A stretch of DNA of 64,000 nt from Gammaproteobacteria bacterium (GTDB taxonomy: Bacteria > Pseudomonadota > Gammaproteobacteria > JABHGC01). Under the pieces are notes generated by a model. That model saw only the letters and a list, made by a program, of their open reading frames with translations, did no database searches and had not been told where the DNA came from. The stretch is from the NCBI GenBank assembly GCA_027077805.1, contig JALWTS010000041.1, forward strand, positions 73,234-137,233, in the 5' to 3' direction. Both the position numbers and the translations under genes were made by a program. Below, piece by piece: positions 1 through 9,244 of this stretch; the first letter of the stretch is position 1, and every line of letters starts with the position of its first letter.

Positions 1-248
1 GGTGGGGGAAAATTGTCCGTAATGGCCATATCCGTTGTTAAAGTTTGGCTACTAATAAAACCAATGCCTTGTTGTACTGCCCATGCTTGATAAAATGCAA
101 TATCTGGCAACCGCACTTGGGTGGCGATGGCTTCTAACAAAGGAATTTTTTGTTGCCTTGCCATTTTTTTCAACTCGGTTAATTGTTCTGTGGTAATTAG
201 CCCTTGTGCGACACCCGCTTCAATTAATTGCCCTGAACTAACGCCCAT
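1..248 (-). CDS. Partial CDS (N-terminus only; gene continues past the window start): T2SSE_N / MshEN-type N-terminal domain, probably the start of a GspE/PilB/MshE-family pilus assembly ATPase
   Basis: Minus-strand ATG at 248-246 overlaps the 3' end of the upstream PilT-like gene. Translation is MGVSSGQLIEAGVAQGLITTEQLTELKKMARQQKIPLLEAIATQVRLPDIAFYQAWAVQQGIGFISSQTLTTD..., which matches the spacing pattern of GspE/PilB N-terminal domains (L..GLIT.EQL......Q......L...L.......D.......A...G..F). Confidence 0.45.
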   Translation of the reverse strand, partial: MGVSSGQLIEAGVAQGLITTEQLTELKKMARQQKIPLLEAIATQVRLPDIAFYQAWAVQQGIGFISSQTLTTDMAITDNFPP

Positions 249-1308
249 ACAATCCCCTTTGACGAAGTTGGCTTTGTAAAATATCGGGATAATGGGCAGT
301 TTTTATGGCTAAGGCTTTATCAATCACTTGTTGTTTGACTAAATCAGCCAAAGATTGCTCCAAAGTTTGCATCCCTGAATCGGTGGTAGCCGATTCCATC
401 ACACTATAAACTTGTTGGGTTTTATGATGACGGATTAGATTTGCTACCGCAGGATTAATCATTAAAATTTCTAAGGCAGGCACACGCCCTTCGCCTTGTT
501 TTATGGGTAATAATCGCTGTGCGACTACGGCACGCAATACGCGTGATAATTGTTGGCGTACCATCGCTTGTTCTTCCGCAGGAAATGATCCTAAAATCCG
601 CTCAATCACGCCAACCGCATCCCCCGTATGCAAGGTTGAAAACACCAAATGCCCCGTTTCTGCCGCAGTAATAGCTACTCGCATCGTCTCTAAATCTCGC
701 ATTTCACCGACTAATATCACATCAGGGTCTTCTCGTAATGCTGACCGAATGGCTTGCGGATAACTGGGGACATCTAAATGCAATTCCCGTTGATGTACTA
801 AGCTCTGAATATTTTGATGCAAATATTCAATGGGGTCTTCAATGGTTAAAATATGACAGGCTCGATCTTGATTAATTTTATGGATTAGTTGGGCTAAGGT
901 AGTCGTTTTACCACTACCCGTTGCACCTGTTACTAAAACCAAGCCGTCTTTTAAACCACATAATTGATATAATTGCTCAGGCAAACCTAAAGATTGTAAG
1001 GAGCGAAATCGACTGTCTAAATAACGCACCGCTAACGCAGGCTGTTGGCGTTCATAATAAATATTGATCCGAAACCGTTGCCCACTGTTTAAGGAATAAG
1101 CAAAATCAATGCTTTTGTCTTGCTGATAGGATTGTAATAAATTATCAGGGACTATTTGTTGAATCATGGCCTCAATTTGTGGCAAACTTAAACACTCACC
1201 CAATGGTTTTAATTGCCCATGTTGGCGTAAATAAATCGGTTGATTGACGCTAATATGTAAATCAGAGCCTTGTTGCTCAATACATTGTTGTAATAATAAA
1301 TCAAACAT
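238..1308 (-). CDS. PilT-family type IV pilus retraction ATPase (third PilT/PilU paralog in the window)
   Basis: 356 aa. Walker A is GATGSGKTTTL, Walker B is DVILVGEMRD, the His-box TGHLVFSTLHT is present, and the PilT-type AIRNLIRE-like motif AVANLIRHHK is present. Length and architecture are typical of PilT. Confidence 0.8.
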   Translation of the reverse strand: MFDLLLQQCIEQQGSDLHISVNQPIYLRQHGQLKPLGECLSLPQIEAMIQQIVPDNLLQSYQQDKSIDFAYSLNSGQRFRINIYYERQQPALAVRYLDSRFRSLQSLGLPEQLYQLCGLKDGLVLVTGATGSGKTTTLAQLIHKINQDRACHILTIEDPIEYLHQNIQSLVHQRELHLDVPSYPQAIRSALREDPDVILVGEMRDLETMRVAITAAETGHLVFSTLHTGDAVGVIERILGSFPAEEQAMVRQQLSRVLRAVVAQRLLPIKQGEGRVPALEILMINPAVANLIRHHKTQQVYSVMESATTDSGMQTLEQSLADLVKQQVIDKALAIKTAHYPDILQSQLRQRGLYGR

Positions 1309-1925
1309 TAAAATGCCAATACCAGTTGAATATCAATCAGTTGAATCGGCTGAATCGCCGTTTTTGCGTTGCTTTCTAATAAATTCAATGCAAAATACAC
1401 CACATGGACTTTTTTAGAGAGTTGATCTAAGCCCGCAAGAAATCGCCGAAAATTAGCATAAGTGCTGAGTAATTTTAAATGTTCTAAGTTTAAACTTGAC
1501 CAGACCAAGCTGTCTTTGCCTAATAAGGGATGTCGGGGTTGTTCGGATTGTAAATAAGGACTGACTTCCATGACTTTAATCCCACTCGCCTTTGCCAATT
1601 GGCTAATTTCTAATTTTAAGGCTTGACGTTGATTAACTGAGTTAGGGTCTAAATAGGCTTGTTTAAGTTGTTGCAATTTTTCACTGCTCGCGTTTAAAGC
1701 CGCCTCTAATTGGGTTAATTTCGGTTGTAATTGTTGATATTGTTTGGGAATTTTAGGCAATACAATTTTTTTTAAATCTTGTTCTAAGATTTGTTGTTGT
1801 TCTTCTAACAAGGCTAATTGTTTTTTCGCAGGTAAATATCGAGCTAATACATAAGTAGCGACAATGATTGATCCGCCTAATATTGCCATTAATACTTGCT
1901 CTCTTAAGCTAATATTAGAAAACAT
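1308..1925 (-). CDS. PilO/MshJ-like pilus assembly protein (N-terminal TM helix plus coiled coil)
   Basis: 205 aa with a single N-terminal TM segment followed by a Q/L-rich coiled coil. Its operon position is after a PilM/N-like gene, and it overlaps the next gene by a start/stop. Confidence 0.4.
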   Translation of the reverse strand: MFSNISLREQVLMAILGGSIIVATYVLARYLPAKKQLALLEEQQQILEQDLKKIVLPKIPKQYQQLQPKLTQLEAALNASSEKLQQLKQAYLDPNSVNQRQALKLEISQLAKASGIKVMEVSPYLQSEQPRHPLLGKDSLVWSSLNLEHLKLLSTYANFRRFLAGLDQLSKKVHVVYFALNLLESNAKTAIQPIQLIDIQLVLAF

Positions 1926-3372
1926 TTGCTTTCCCGTCCATGGGTTTAAGTTTTAACTTAATCTGATAACCGGATAAGTCTAATCGTCCTGTTTGAGCTG
2001 TAATGCTTAAATGTGCTACTGTCCACTGCCAAGCCATTAATGCTTGGGTTAATTGTTTAGCAAATTGTTGGCCTGATGATTCCTCTAATGACCATGCTTG
2101 AATTTGAATGTTCTGATTGCTTTCTATAATTTTGTCTAAGACCATTTGGGCATTCATGCTTTGAATAATCGCATCTAACAAGCCTTTAACCAAAGCACTG
2201 CGTTGTGGCAAGATATGATCAAATAAAGCAATTTGTTGTTGGTTTTGCTCTAATTGTTGTTGTTGCTGTTGCAGTTTGGTTTTTAATTTCGTCACTTTAT
2301 CATGCAATGCCTGAATCTTATCTTTATCTTGCTGACGTTTGACAAGTTCGGTTTCAGTGGCATTCATGTCAGTTAATAATAACTGTTTACGTTGATACAA
2401 CTGCCCTTCAATCAAAGCAATGGCAACAAACACTGCCACGATGCTCAGTCCTAAGCAATAACGAGGTTGTTGATACCAAGGTGGCGGTGGTTGACTAGCG
2501 GTTAAGTAAATTGCCATTTGCTCATCATATTGTTGCCAAGTATGTTGAGCTAAAGCTAACATCGCAAACTGAGCAGGTGTTAATTCTTGCTCAGGCAATG
2601 GCGATTCAATTGCCAACACCTCAATATTAAACACCTGAGCCAAATTGTTTAATTCTTGAGCAAGACGACAATCAAGTGTGATGTATAAACGTAATATTCT
2701 AATCTCATCTGTGATCAGCGTATGTAATAAATCAATCACTTGATCTAAATCAGGTTCCATTTGAGGGATAAATCGAGTTTGCAATCCAACTAATTGCCCT
2801 TGTTGTCGTTGTAAGCCTGACAAGCTATGGGGATAAATTTCTAGCAATAGCTCATTGTCATTGGTCAAATAATTCAAACCACTGCCAATCAATGGATAAA
2901 TGGCATGCAAATACAAACCCGAGGATTCCACTAGATTTAACCATTGTTGATAAATCGTCTGATTCATCCCTGCTACCCAATAACTCGTTTCATTCAGTTC
3001 CGACATACCCGCTTGCAAATGCCAGTTCGTTTGCAATGCTTGCTCTTCATTCCACTGCCATCCCCAAACATTCGCTTGTTCTGAGAGTAATGGCTCTAAT
3101 TCCCATTGAATATTGTCTTGAATCTGCTCCCCTAAACCTACGCTTTGTTCTGCCATAAGATGAGGGATTAATTCGTGGGTAATAACAATGGCTTTTTTGG
3201 GAAGTTTGGGAATTTGTTGGAGTAAATTCGGTAAATCTTGGGCTAGGTTTTCGAGTGGGCAAGCGATAGTTTGTTGGATTTTGGCTTGGGATTTATTGGT
3301 TATTAAAACAATAACATCAAGCGAAATTCCATTAGAATATATGACTAACAATGGTGATTGATGGTTTAACAT
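1915..3372 (-). CDS. PilM-PilN-like fusion (MshI-like) pilus biogenesis protein
   Basis: 485 aa. About 290 N-terminal residues show a PilM-like pattern, then a single TM helix (YCLGLSIVAVFVAIALIEGQLY), then a long Q-rich coiled coil like PilN/MshI. Size matches MshI (about 480 aa). Confidence 0.4.
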   Translation of the reverse strand: MLNHQSPLLVIYSNGISLDVIVLITNKSQAKIQQTIACPLENLAQDLPNLLQQIPKLPKKAIVITHELIPHLMAEQSVGLGEQIQDNIQWELEPLLSEQANVWGWQWNEEQALQTNWHLQAGMSELNETSYWVAGMNQTIYQQWLNLVESSGLYLHAIYPLIGSGLNYLTNDNELLLEIYPHSLSGLQRQQGQLVGLQTRFIPQMEPDLDQVIDLLHTLITDEIRILRLYITLDCRLAQELNNLAQVFNIEVLAIESPLPEQELTPAQFAMLALAQHTWQQYDEQMAIYLTASQPPPPWYQQPRYCLGLSIVAVFVAIALIEGQLYQRKQLLLTDMNATETELVKRQQDKDKIQALHDKVTKLKTKLQQQQQQLEQNQQQIALFDHILPQRSALVKGLLDAIIQSMNAQMVLDKIIESNQNIQIQAWSLEESSGQQFAKQLTQALMAWQWTVAHLSITAQTGRLDLSGYQIKLKLKPMDGKANVF

Positions 3373-4302
3373 TTAAGGCACTACCCAATCAAAATCAAGC
3401 ACGGCAACAGTACGTGGAATAAACGTATAAATCAGCGGTTTTGCTGTGCTAGGATAAAGATTATCCGTACAAGTGCTAGTGCCTGTGTTATATTCGTAAA
3501 CACCAATGGCACGAATACCGATGGGAAAACGCTTGCTATTATCAATGCTAAAATTAATCGTTTGTTCAGAGGTACTCACAGCCAAAGTATGATCATCACT
3601 TTCTAAAGCAATCAAACTGCCATTGCTAGGATACCATAATTTTAAACATAGTGATTTAGAAGCCGATGAAGCACTAAAAGTTACTGCGATATTATTGGGT
3701 AATAAGGCAAAATGATCTGCTTGTTCCACTAAATCCCCGCTGCTAGGGTAATCCTTCTCGTAATCATCGCTACCACCAATCACGCCATCTAAGCCTTTGC
3801 TTTGCACTGTTAATATGGTGGAATTTGCCGACACTATCCAACCAAAATCATCATCAGTGCCCACATTTTGCCAACCATCACGAAAGCGTTTCGCCCCATC
3901 TTTGGCATCCGCAATTACGGATAAATAAGGGCCATTCCAGCCTGACCATAATCCTGCTGTTGTATTAAAAGTTAAGCCTGTTATGGTATTACCACAGTCA
4001 GTAGTATTTTCCACTAATTCTTTTAAACAAGCAGGTAATTGCCCGACGTCTGCCACAAACCCCGAAATATTCGGCTGACCATTTACGGTTTGCTCAACAC
4101 TTCCTACTACTGCTTTTTTAATCATTTCTAAACGATTACGAGTATCTTCAAAGCGAATTTGACTGTCAGAATTTTGGGTAATCGATAAAGCGGATAAAGC
4201 GAGTGTCCCTAAAATTAGAATAACTAGCAATAACTCTAGTAAAGTAAAACCATTGCCAACAGAAAAATTATTATAAGATTGATTCTTCATTTTAATAAAC
4301 AT
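3373..4302 (-). CDS. Prepilin-type N-terminal cleavage/methylation domain protein (minor pilin or pseudopilin), 309 aa
   Basis: N-terminus is ...NGFTLLELLLVILILGTLALSALS, the class III signal G|FTLLE followed by a hydrophobic helix. Confidence 0.6.
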   Translation of the reverse strand: MFIKMKNQSYNNFSVGNGFTLLELLLVILILGTLALSALSITQNSDSQIRFEDTRNRLEMIKKAVVGSVEQTVNGQPNISGFVADVGQLPACLKELVENTTDCGNTITGLTFNTTAGLWSGWNGPYLSVIADAKDGAKRFRDGWQNVGTDDDFGWIVSANSTILTVQSKGLDGVIGGSDDYEKDYPSSGDLVEQADHFALLPNNIAVTFSASSASKSLCLKLWYPSNGSLIALESDDHTLAVSTSEQTINFSIDNSKRFPIGIRAIGVYEYNTGTSTCTDNLYPSTAKPLIYTFIPRTVAVLDFDWVVP

Positions 4303-4952
4303 ACGACAATATCATCACTATTAGTATTAGCACTACAAATATCAGAGGCATTGTTACCCGCATAAACACCATCTTTGCCCATGCTGACAATTCTGGCTTT
4401 ATTATCATCCTCTAAATTAAACAATAAATACGGTCGTCCCCATTTTTCATAGACTTCACCACTACGACTTTGCCATTGTAAATAACTACCAATGGCTTTA
4501 TGTTGATAAGGATCAGCAATGGCTGCAATATTAGTTAGAACACTACCCGCATCAGGCTGTCCCGTGCCATCTAAGCCTAAATCATCCCCAATATCAAGCA
4601 AACCTTCCCCAAAACGAGACACATAAGGCCCTCGCCAACCACGTCCCCGATCAATATCCCAACTATCTTCCGCCCCTTGTTCTAATAAACCTGAAAAATC
4701 AGCAGGTGATAAGCCTGTCATATCAGGAAAATGTCCTAAATCTTGACGAAACTGCAACAAGGCTTTTTTTAACTCCAAAATCTCATGTCTAGCAATTTGA
4801 TCTTTACTATCCGTATCCACCGAACCAAACGATGCCACCATTGCCCCACCAATCACGGCTAAAATCCCCACCACAAGCATCAACTCCAACAAGCTAAACC
4901 CTTGCTGATTTTTCCGTTGATGTTGAAAATTAGTCTTGATATTCAAAGCCAC
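4287..4952 (-). CDS. Prepilin-type N-terminal cleavage/methylation domain protein, 221 aa
   Basis: QQGFSLLELMLVVGILAVIGGAMVA pilin-type leader and helix. Confidence 0.6.
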   Translation of the reverse strand: MALNIKTNFQHQRKNQQGFSLLELMLVVGILAVIGGAMVASFGSVDTDSKDQIARHEILELKKALLQFRQDLGHFPDMTGLSPADFSGLLEQGAEDSWDIDRGRGWRGPYVSRFGEGLLDIGDDLGLDGTGQPDAGSVLTNIAAIADPYQHKAIGSYLQWQSRSGEVYEKWGRPYLLFNLEDDNKARIVSMGKDGVYAGNNASDICSANTNSDDIVVCLLK

Positions 4953-5376
4953 TGATTAATACTCCTGGCCCATATTTTGAGTTATAGACTTTATAGCCAA
5001 ACCATTGTAATTTATCGCCAACCTTATGTTCAGCGGTAATTTTATCCGCAATGCTTTGTTCAATGTAAAAGTTAATGGTTTTGCCTTGATTCGATTGTAA
5101 TTCAATGCCTTGTTTCACAATAGGAATGGGATTGACATTCATATTGACAAAAATTTCTTGCAAATAACTGGTTTTTCTGGGTTTTGGCAGTTGATTAATG
5201 CTTGCTGGAAATTGAATTTTTAAAAAGGGTAAAATCTCTACTGTACCTGCGCTATTTGGCACTGAGCTTACAATTAAATTATCTAAATCAACTGTTTTAA
5301 ATGCTGAGACCGCTATCCCTATAGGGGAATAGACCATAACCCATAGGAATAGCATCCATTGTATTTTCATTATCAT
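4930..5376 (-). CDS. Hypothetical exported protein in the pilus operon (Sec signal peptide)
   Basis: 148 aa with a hydrophobic N-terminal signal (MLFLWVMVYSPIGIAVSAF) and no pilin motif. It sits between pilin genes. Confidence 0.3.
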   Translation of the reverse strand: MIMKIQWMLFLWVMVYSPIGIAVSAFKTVDLDNLIVSSVPNSAGTVEILPFLKIQFPASINQLPKPRKTSYLQEIFVNMNVNPIPIVKQGIELQSNQGKTINFYIEQSIADKITAEHKVGDKLQWFGYKVYNSKYGPGVLISGFEYQD

Positions 5377-5448
5377 TGGCTCATCCTTAAAACAAACTCA
5401 AGGCGATAGTGAAACACTACCACCTTGGTTAGCAAGTATGTTAAATAA

Positions 5449-6450
5449 TTAGGATTTTTGACCCGTAAATTCGGCAAATTCTTCGTCTAAGAAATCACCA
5501 TTAGCATCAATAATCGCTTGCAAAATCGGTGTACCTTTTGCAGTAACCGTCCCTGTTGTGCCAGTACTCGCACGAGTACCATCGGTTGTATCATCATCAG
5601 TACCCACATTGATTAACAAAACATAACGACTATATTTATCTTTAGCGATCCCACCATAATAAGGGGCTTGAGATAATAAATTTTCCCCGCCGACAATGCT
5701 AGCATTATTTCCTAAGCCTAGACCAATTAAAACCGCATCCGCATCCGCACCTATTTTAGTATTATTAACGCCATTCGTTCCACGATTCCATACCATCACA
5801 ATGGCTTCATGACTATCTGAAGGATCATGAATCTCTCTAGCAAATCCACGTCCACGATTCTTACCCGAGGTTGGTGCATCAAAACCACGATTAGGAATAT
5901 CAACATCCACTAAATTACCCGTTGGAAAACCCGCCGGTGCCCCATCCGCATTGTCATCATTGTTACAGGTTGTAAGTTCCGCATAACGAATTTTAATAAT
6001 GCCTGCATTATCTAAGGCTTCTCCGAAACTTTCGTGAAGTTTCACTAAACTAAATTTACCTGCCAATTTTTGACTGACACCACCACCAACACCCGGAAGG
6101 TTACTTGAACCACCATATTTAGACGCATTTGCCGGAGTGGCATCAGCAGGATGATCCACCGCACCGTCTAACAAACTAGGATCCGCCCCTACTGAAATAC
6201 AAGCTAAAGAATCTAATTCATCAGGCAATGCCCCCTCGTTGACATTATACAAACGAACCGCTTGCTCAATCGCTGCCAGAGAATGGGTTGCCGCCCCTTT
6301 GGATGCTTTGGCTTCCTGCCCATCTAAACTAGCAACAACTGTACCGCCAATAATGGCCAAAATCCCAATCACTACTAATAATTCCAACAAGGTAAACCCT
6401 TGTTGTTGTTTTTGCATTTGTTTCATTTCGCTTCCTTTAAAAAAATACAC
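5449..6450 (-). CDS. Large pilin-like protein (prepilin leader; about 320 aa; Gly/Thr/Asp/Asn-rich C-terminal region)
   Basis: MKQMQKQQQGFTLLELLVVIGILAIIGGTVVASL is a type IV pilin leader. It is unusually long for a major pilin. The true start is probably at an internal Met (M8 or M11 of the ORF). Confidence 0.55.
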   Translation of the reverse strand: MYFFKGSEMKQMQKQQQGFTLLELLVVIGILAIIGGTVVASLDGQEAKASKGAATHSLAAIEQAVRLYNVNEGALPDELDSLACISVGADPSLLDGAVDHPADATPANASKYGGSSNLPGVGGGVSQKLAGKFSLVKLHESFGEALDNAGIIKIRYAELTTCNNDDNADGAPAGFPTGNLVDVDIPNRGFDAPTSGKNRGRGFAREIHDPSDSHEAIVMVWNRGTNGVNNTKIGADADAVLIGLGLGNNASIVGGENLLSQAPYYGGIAKDKYSRYVLLINVGTDDDTTDGTRASTGTTGTVTAKGTPILQAIIDANGDFLDEEFAEFTGQKS

Positions 6451-6490
6451 TCATTTCCCTCACAGAAACTGCAAATTTATAAATAAAAAT

Positions 6491-6709
6491 TTATGACCCC
6501 TCGCCAACTAAACTACTATTATCACTGCTATTATCATTACTATTCTTGAAATCAACCACATAACGATATTGCTTACCACAATGCAAAATGATTTCTTTTT
6601 GCCCTCGGCGTAAAATCCTCATTTCAATATGTAAGTCAGCAAAGCCATCATGAGAAACTAACTCATCATATAATTGCAAAATTTTGTTTTTGACTAATTG
6701 ATGTCCCAT
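6491..6709 (-). CDS. Small hypothetical protein (72 aa) immediately upstream of the pilin operon
   Basis: ORF only. The basic RILRRGQKEIILHCGKQYRYVVDF core and Ser/Asn/Asp tail fit no family I can assign. Confidence 0.25.
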   Translation of the reverse strand: MGHQLVKNKILQLYDELVSHDGFADLHIEMRILRRGQKEIILHCGKQYRYVVDFKNSNDNSSDNSSLVGEGS

Positions 6710-6851
6710 CGCTAATATTCAAAATAAACTTAAATGATAATTATTCGCAATTATATTAAGATTGAATTTAATTGCAAGGGTTTTTTTAAAAAATTAGAAA
6801 TTATTCCAAAACTGGCTAAACTTTGGGTAAGGTTTTTTTTGGAGAATTTTA

Positions 6852-7925
6852 ATGTATCAATGGTATTTCAGTCGTAATGGTCAACAAACGGGTCCTTTTA
6901 ACCAAGACCAAGCCAAAGCCCAAGCAATGATTAATCCAGAAGGTTATGCTTGGCGAGAAGGGTTTGCGGAATGGGTTCCAATTCGTGAGGTTGGCGAATT
7001 AAATGGGCAAGCACCCGCACCTAGTCCTAACCAAAATCAAAATCAAAATTTCAACCTAAACCAAAATTCCAACCAAAATCGAAACCTAGATAGTTTTTCC
7101 CCATCATTAGCATCAAGTTCACAATCCTCAGATGTGATTGACTTTAAAATTATTGGCAATGAAATGCAGTTTGTAGAAGTTGAACTTGATCCAGAGGAAA
7201 GTGCGGTGGCAGAAGCAGGTGCGATGATGTACAAGCATCCGCAAGTTGAAATGGAAAGTGTGTTTGGTGATGGCTCGAAACAAAGTCAAAGTAATAGTTT
7301 TTTTGGTAATTTATTAGGGGCTGGTCAACGTTTAATCACAGGGGAAAGTTTATTTACTACTGTGTTTACTCACAAAGGATCAGGTAAAGCCCATGTGGCA
7401 TTTGCCGCCCCTTATCCAGGGAATATCATCCCGATTATGTTACCTAATGTGGGCGGAACATTAATCTGTCAAAAAGATAGCTTTTTATGTGCGGCTAAAG
7501 GCGTGTCCATTGGTTTGCATTTTCAAAGAAAAATTTTGACAGGTTTATTTGGTGGCGAAGGCTTTATTATGCAAAAACTTGAAGGGGATGGTTTAGTCTT
7601 TGTGCATGCAGGTGGGACAGTTGTGGAACGAGTATTAAATATGGGTGAAACCTTACATGTGGATACGGGTTGTGTGGTTGCGATGGAAGCCAGTGTTGAT
7701 TTTGATATTCAAAAAGCGGGGGGCATTAAAACCATGTTATTTGGTGGTGAGGGTTTATTTTTTGCGACCTTGCAAGGACCGGGTAAAATCTGGTTGCAAT
7801 CCCTACCCTTTTCACGTTTGGCAGGACGAATGTTAGCAGCGGCACCACAAACAAGCGGATTTACGCAGGGTGAAGGTTCAATTTTAGGTAATGTTGGCGG
7901 ATTTTTAGATGGGGATAATTTTTAA
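6852..7925 (+). CDS. AIM24 family protein (TIGR00266/DUF124) with an N-terminal GYF-like (DUF4339) domain and a poly-Asn/Gln linker
   Basis: N-terminus is WYFSRNGQQTGPF...GYAWREGFAEWVPIREVGEL (GYF-like). The C-terminal 250 aa (FKIIGNEMQFVEVELD...GEGLFFATLQGPGKIWLQSLPFSRLA) matches the AIM24 family. Confidence 0.65.
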   Translation: MYQWYFSRNGQQTGPFNQDQAKAQAMINPEGYAWREGFAEWVPIREVGELNGQAPAPSPNQNQNQNFNLNQNSNQNRNLDSFSPSLASSSQSSDVIDFKIIGNEMQFVEVELDPEESAVAEAGAMMYKHPQVEMESVFGDGSKQSQSNSFFGNLLGAGQRLITGESLFTTVFTHKGSGKAHVAFAAPYPGNIIPIMLPNVGGTLICQKDSFLCAAKGVSIGLHFQRKILTGLFGGEGFIMQKLEGDGLVFVHAGGTVVERVLNMGETLHVDTGCVVAMEASVDFDIQKAGGIKTMLFGGEGLFFATLQGPGKIWLQSLPFSRLAGRMLAAAPQTSGFTQGEGSILGNVGGFLDGDNF

Positions 7926-7936
7926 GCCACTCCTCA

Positions 7937-8869
7937 CTAGAAATCCCGCCCAAAACTCTCTTTAAATCGAACACTAAGCTCATCAAAATTAATACAATGA
8001 TTTTGGGTGCCAGGTTGTTCGATTTTAATCGCCCCCATTAATGCCGCTAAACGCCCTGTGGTTTCCCAATCTAATTGATGTTTTAAACCATAAAGCAATC
8101 CTGCCCGATACGCATCCCCACAACCTGTGGGGTCTTCTAAACGTTGGGTTTTTGCCACTGGAATTGCAATGTCTTTGCCTTGAGTATAAATCACCGAACC
8201 TTCAGAGCCTTTGGTAATAATCAATGCCTTTACTTGTTTAGCAATGTGCTCTAAAGATAATTCGGTGGTTTGTTGTAACATTTGTGATTCATAATCATTT
8301 AGGGTAATCCAAGTGGCTTGTTGAATAAATGTTAATAACTCGGGTTTGCCAAACATTGGCATTGCTTGCCCCGGATCAAAGATAAATGGAATGCCTGCTT
8401 CTACAAATTGCTGGGCATGTTCAATCATGCCATCTCGACCATCGGGTGATATAATCCCTAATTCAATGCCCCCATCTTCAGGAATTTGGTTTTCTTCCGC
8501 GTAACTCATCGCCCCTGGGTGAAAAGCCGTAATCTGATTATCATCTAAGTCAGTGGTAATATAGGCTTGAGCTGTATAGGCTTGTTCGATAATCCGAATA
8601 TAATCTTGCGAAATTTTATTTTCTAACATCCATGTTTGATAAGGCGAAAAATCATGCCCCACCGTTGCCATTGGTTTGGCATCCGTTTCTAACAAATGCA
8701 GATTATAAGCAATATTCCCCGCACAGCCACCAAATTCACGCCGTAGTTTTGGTACCATAAACGAGACATTTAGAATATGAACTTTTTCGGGCAAAATATG
8801 ATTTCTAAAATGATCATTAAATACCATGATCGTGTCATATGCAATTGAACCACAAACTAAAATACTCAT
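7937..8869 (-). CDS. PfkB-family carbohydrate/nucleoside kinase (adenosine kinase-like)
   Basis: N-terminus is SILVCGSIAYDTIM...GGCAGNIAYNL. The C-terminal PfkB signature DPTGCGDAYRAG is present. Confidence 0.7.
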   Translation of the reverse strand: MSILVCGSIAYDTIMVFNDHFRNHILPEKVHILNVSFMVPKLRREFGGCAGNIAYNLHLLETDAKPMATVGHDFSPYQTWMLENKISQDYIRIIEQAYTAQAYITTDLDDNQITAFHPGAMSYAEENQIPEDGGIELGIISPDGRDGMIEHAQQFVEAGIPFIFDPGQAMPMFGKPELLTFIQQATWITLNDYESQMLQQTTELSLEHIAKQVKALIITKGSEGSVIYTQGKDIAIPVAKTQRLEDPTGCGDAYRAGLLYGLKHQLDWETTGRLAALMGAIKIEQPGTQNHCINFDELSVRFKESFGRDF

Positions 8870-9244
8870 CTACCAATATCCTAACTCATTAAAAATTAAT
8901 ATCCAAACCATAAACGCAAAACTCACTGCCAGTAACACTGCGGCTGATCCAATATCTTTCGCCCGTCCTGATAATTCATGACGTTGTCCACCAAATCTAT
9001 CCACCACTGCCTCAATCGCAGAATTAATTAATTCGACTATCATCACCAATAGCCAACTGCCAATTAATAAGGCTTGTTGTAATCCCGTCTCACCAAAATA
9101 AATGGCACTAGGTATGACTGGCAACAAAATCAAACACTCTAAACGAAAGGCTTCTTCATTTTTCCATGCCGATTTTAAGCCCTGATACGAATAAATCATA
9201 GCATAAAATAAACGTTTAAACCCGGTATTACCCGGTTTCATCAT
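8870..9244 (-). CDS. dgkA: Diacylglycerol kinase
   Basis: Strong similarity to E. coli DgkA throughout (…[37 protein letters not shown]…). The start is taken at the MMKPGNTGF Met rather than the longer ORF start. Confidence 0.8.
   Translation of the reverse strand: MMKPGNTGFKRLFYAMIYSYQGLKSAWKNEEAFRLECLILLPVIPSAIYFGETGLQQALLIGSWLLVMIVELINSAIEAVVDRFGGQRHELSGRAKDIGSAAVLLAVSFAFMVWILIFNELGYW

Noticed and set aside
503-763. Small ORFs on the opposite strand of pilT-like, gcvPB, GT and other genes (for example 503..763, 2892..3158, 10034..10261, 15792..16034, 26358..26624, 54515..54964)
   Set aside because: They are embedded antisense in strongly supported genes and show no independent signals. 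They are treated as spurious.
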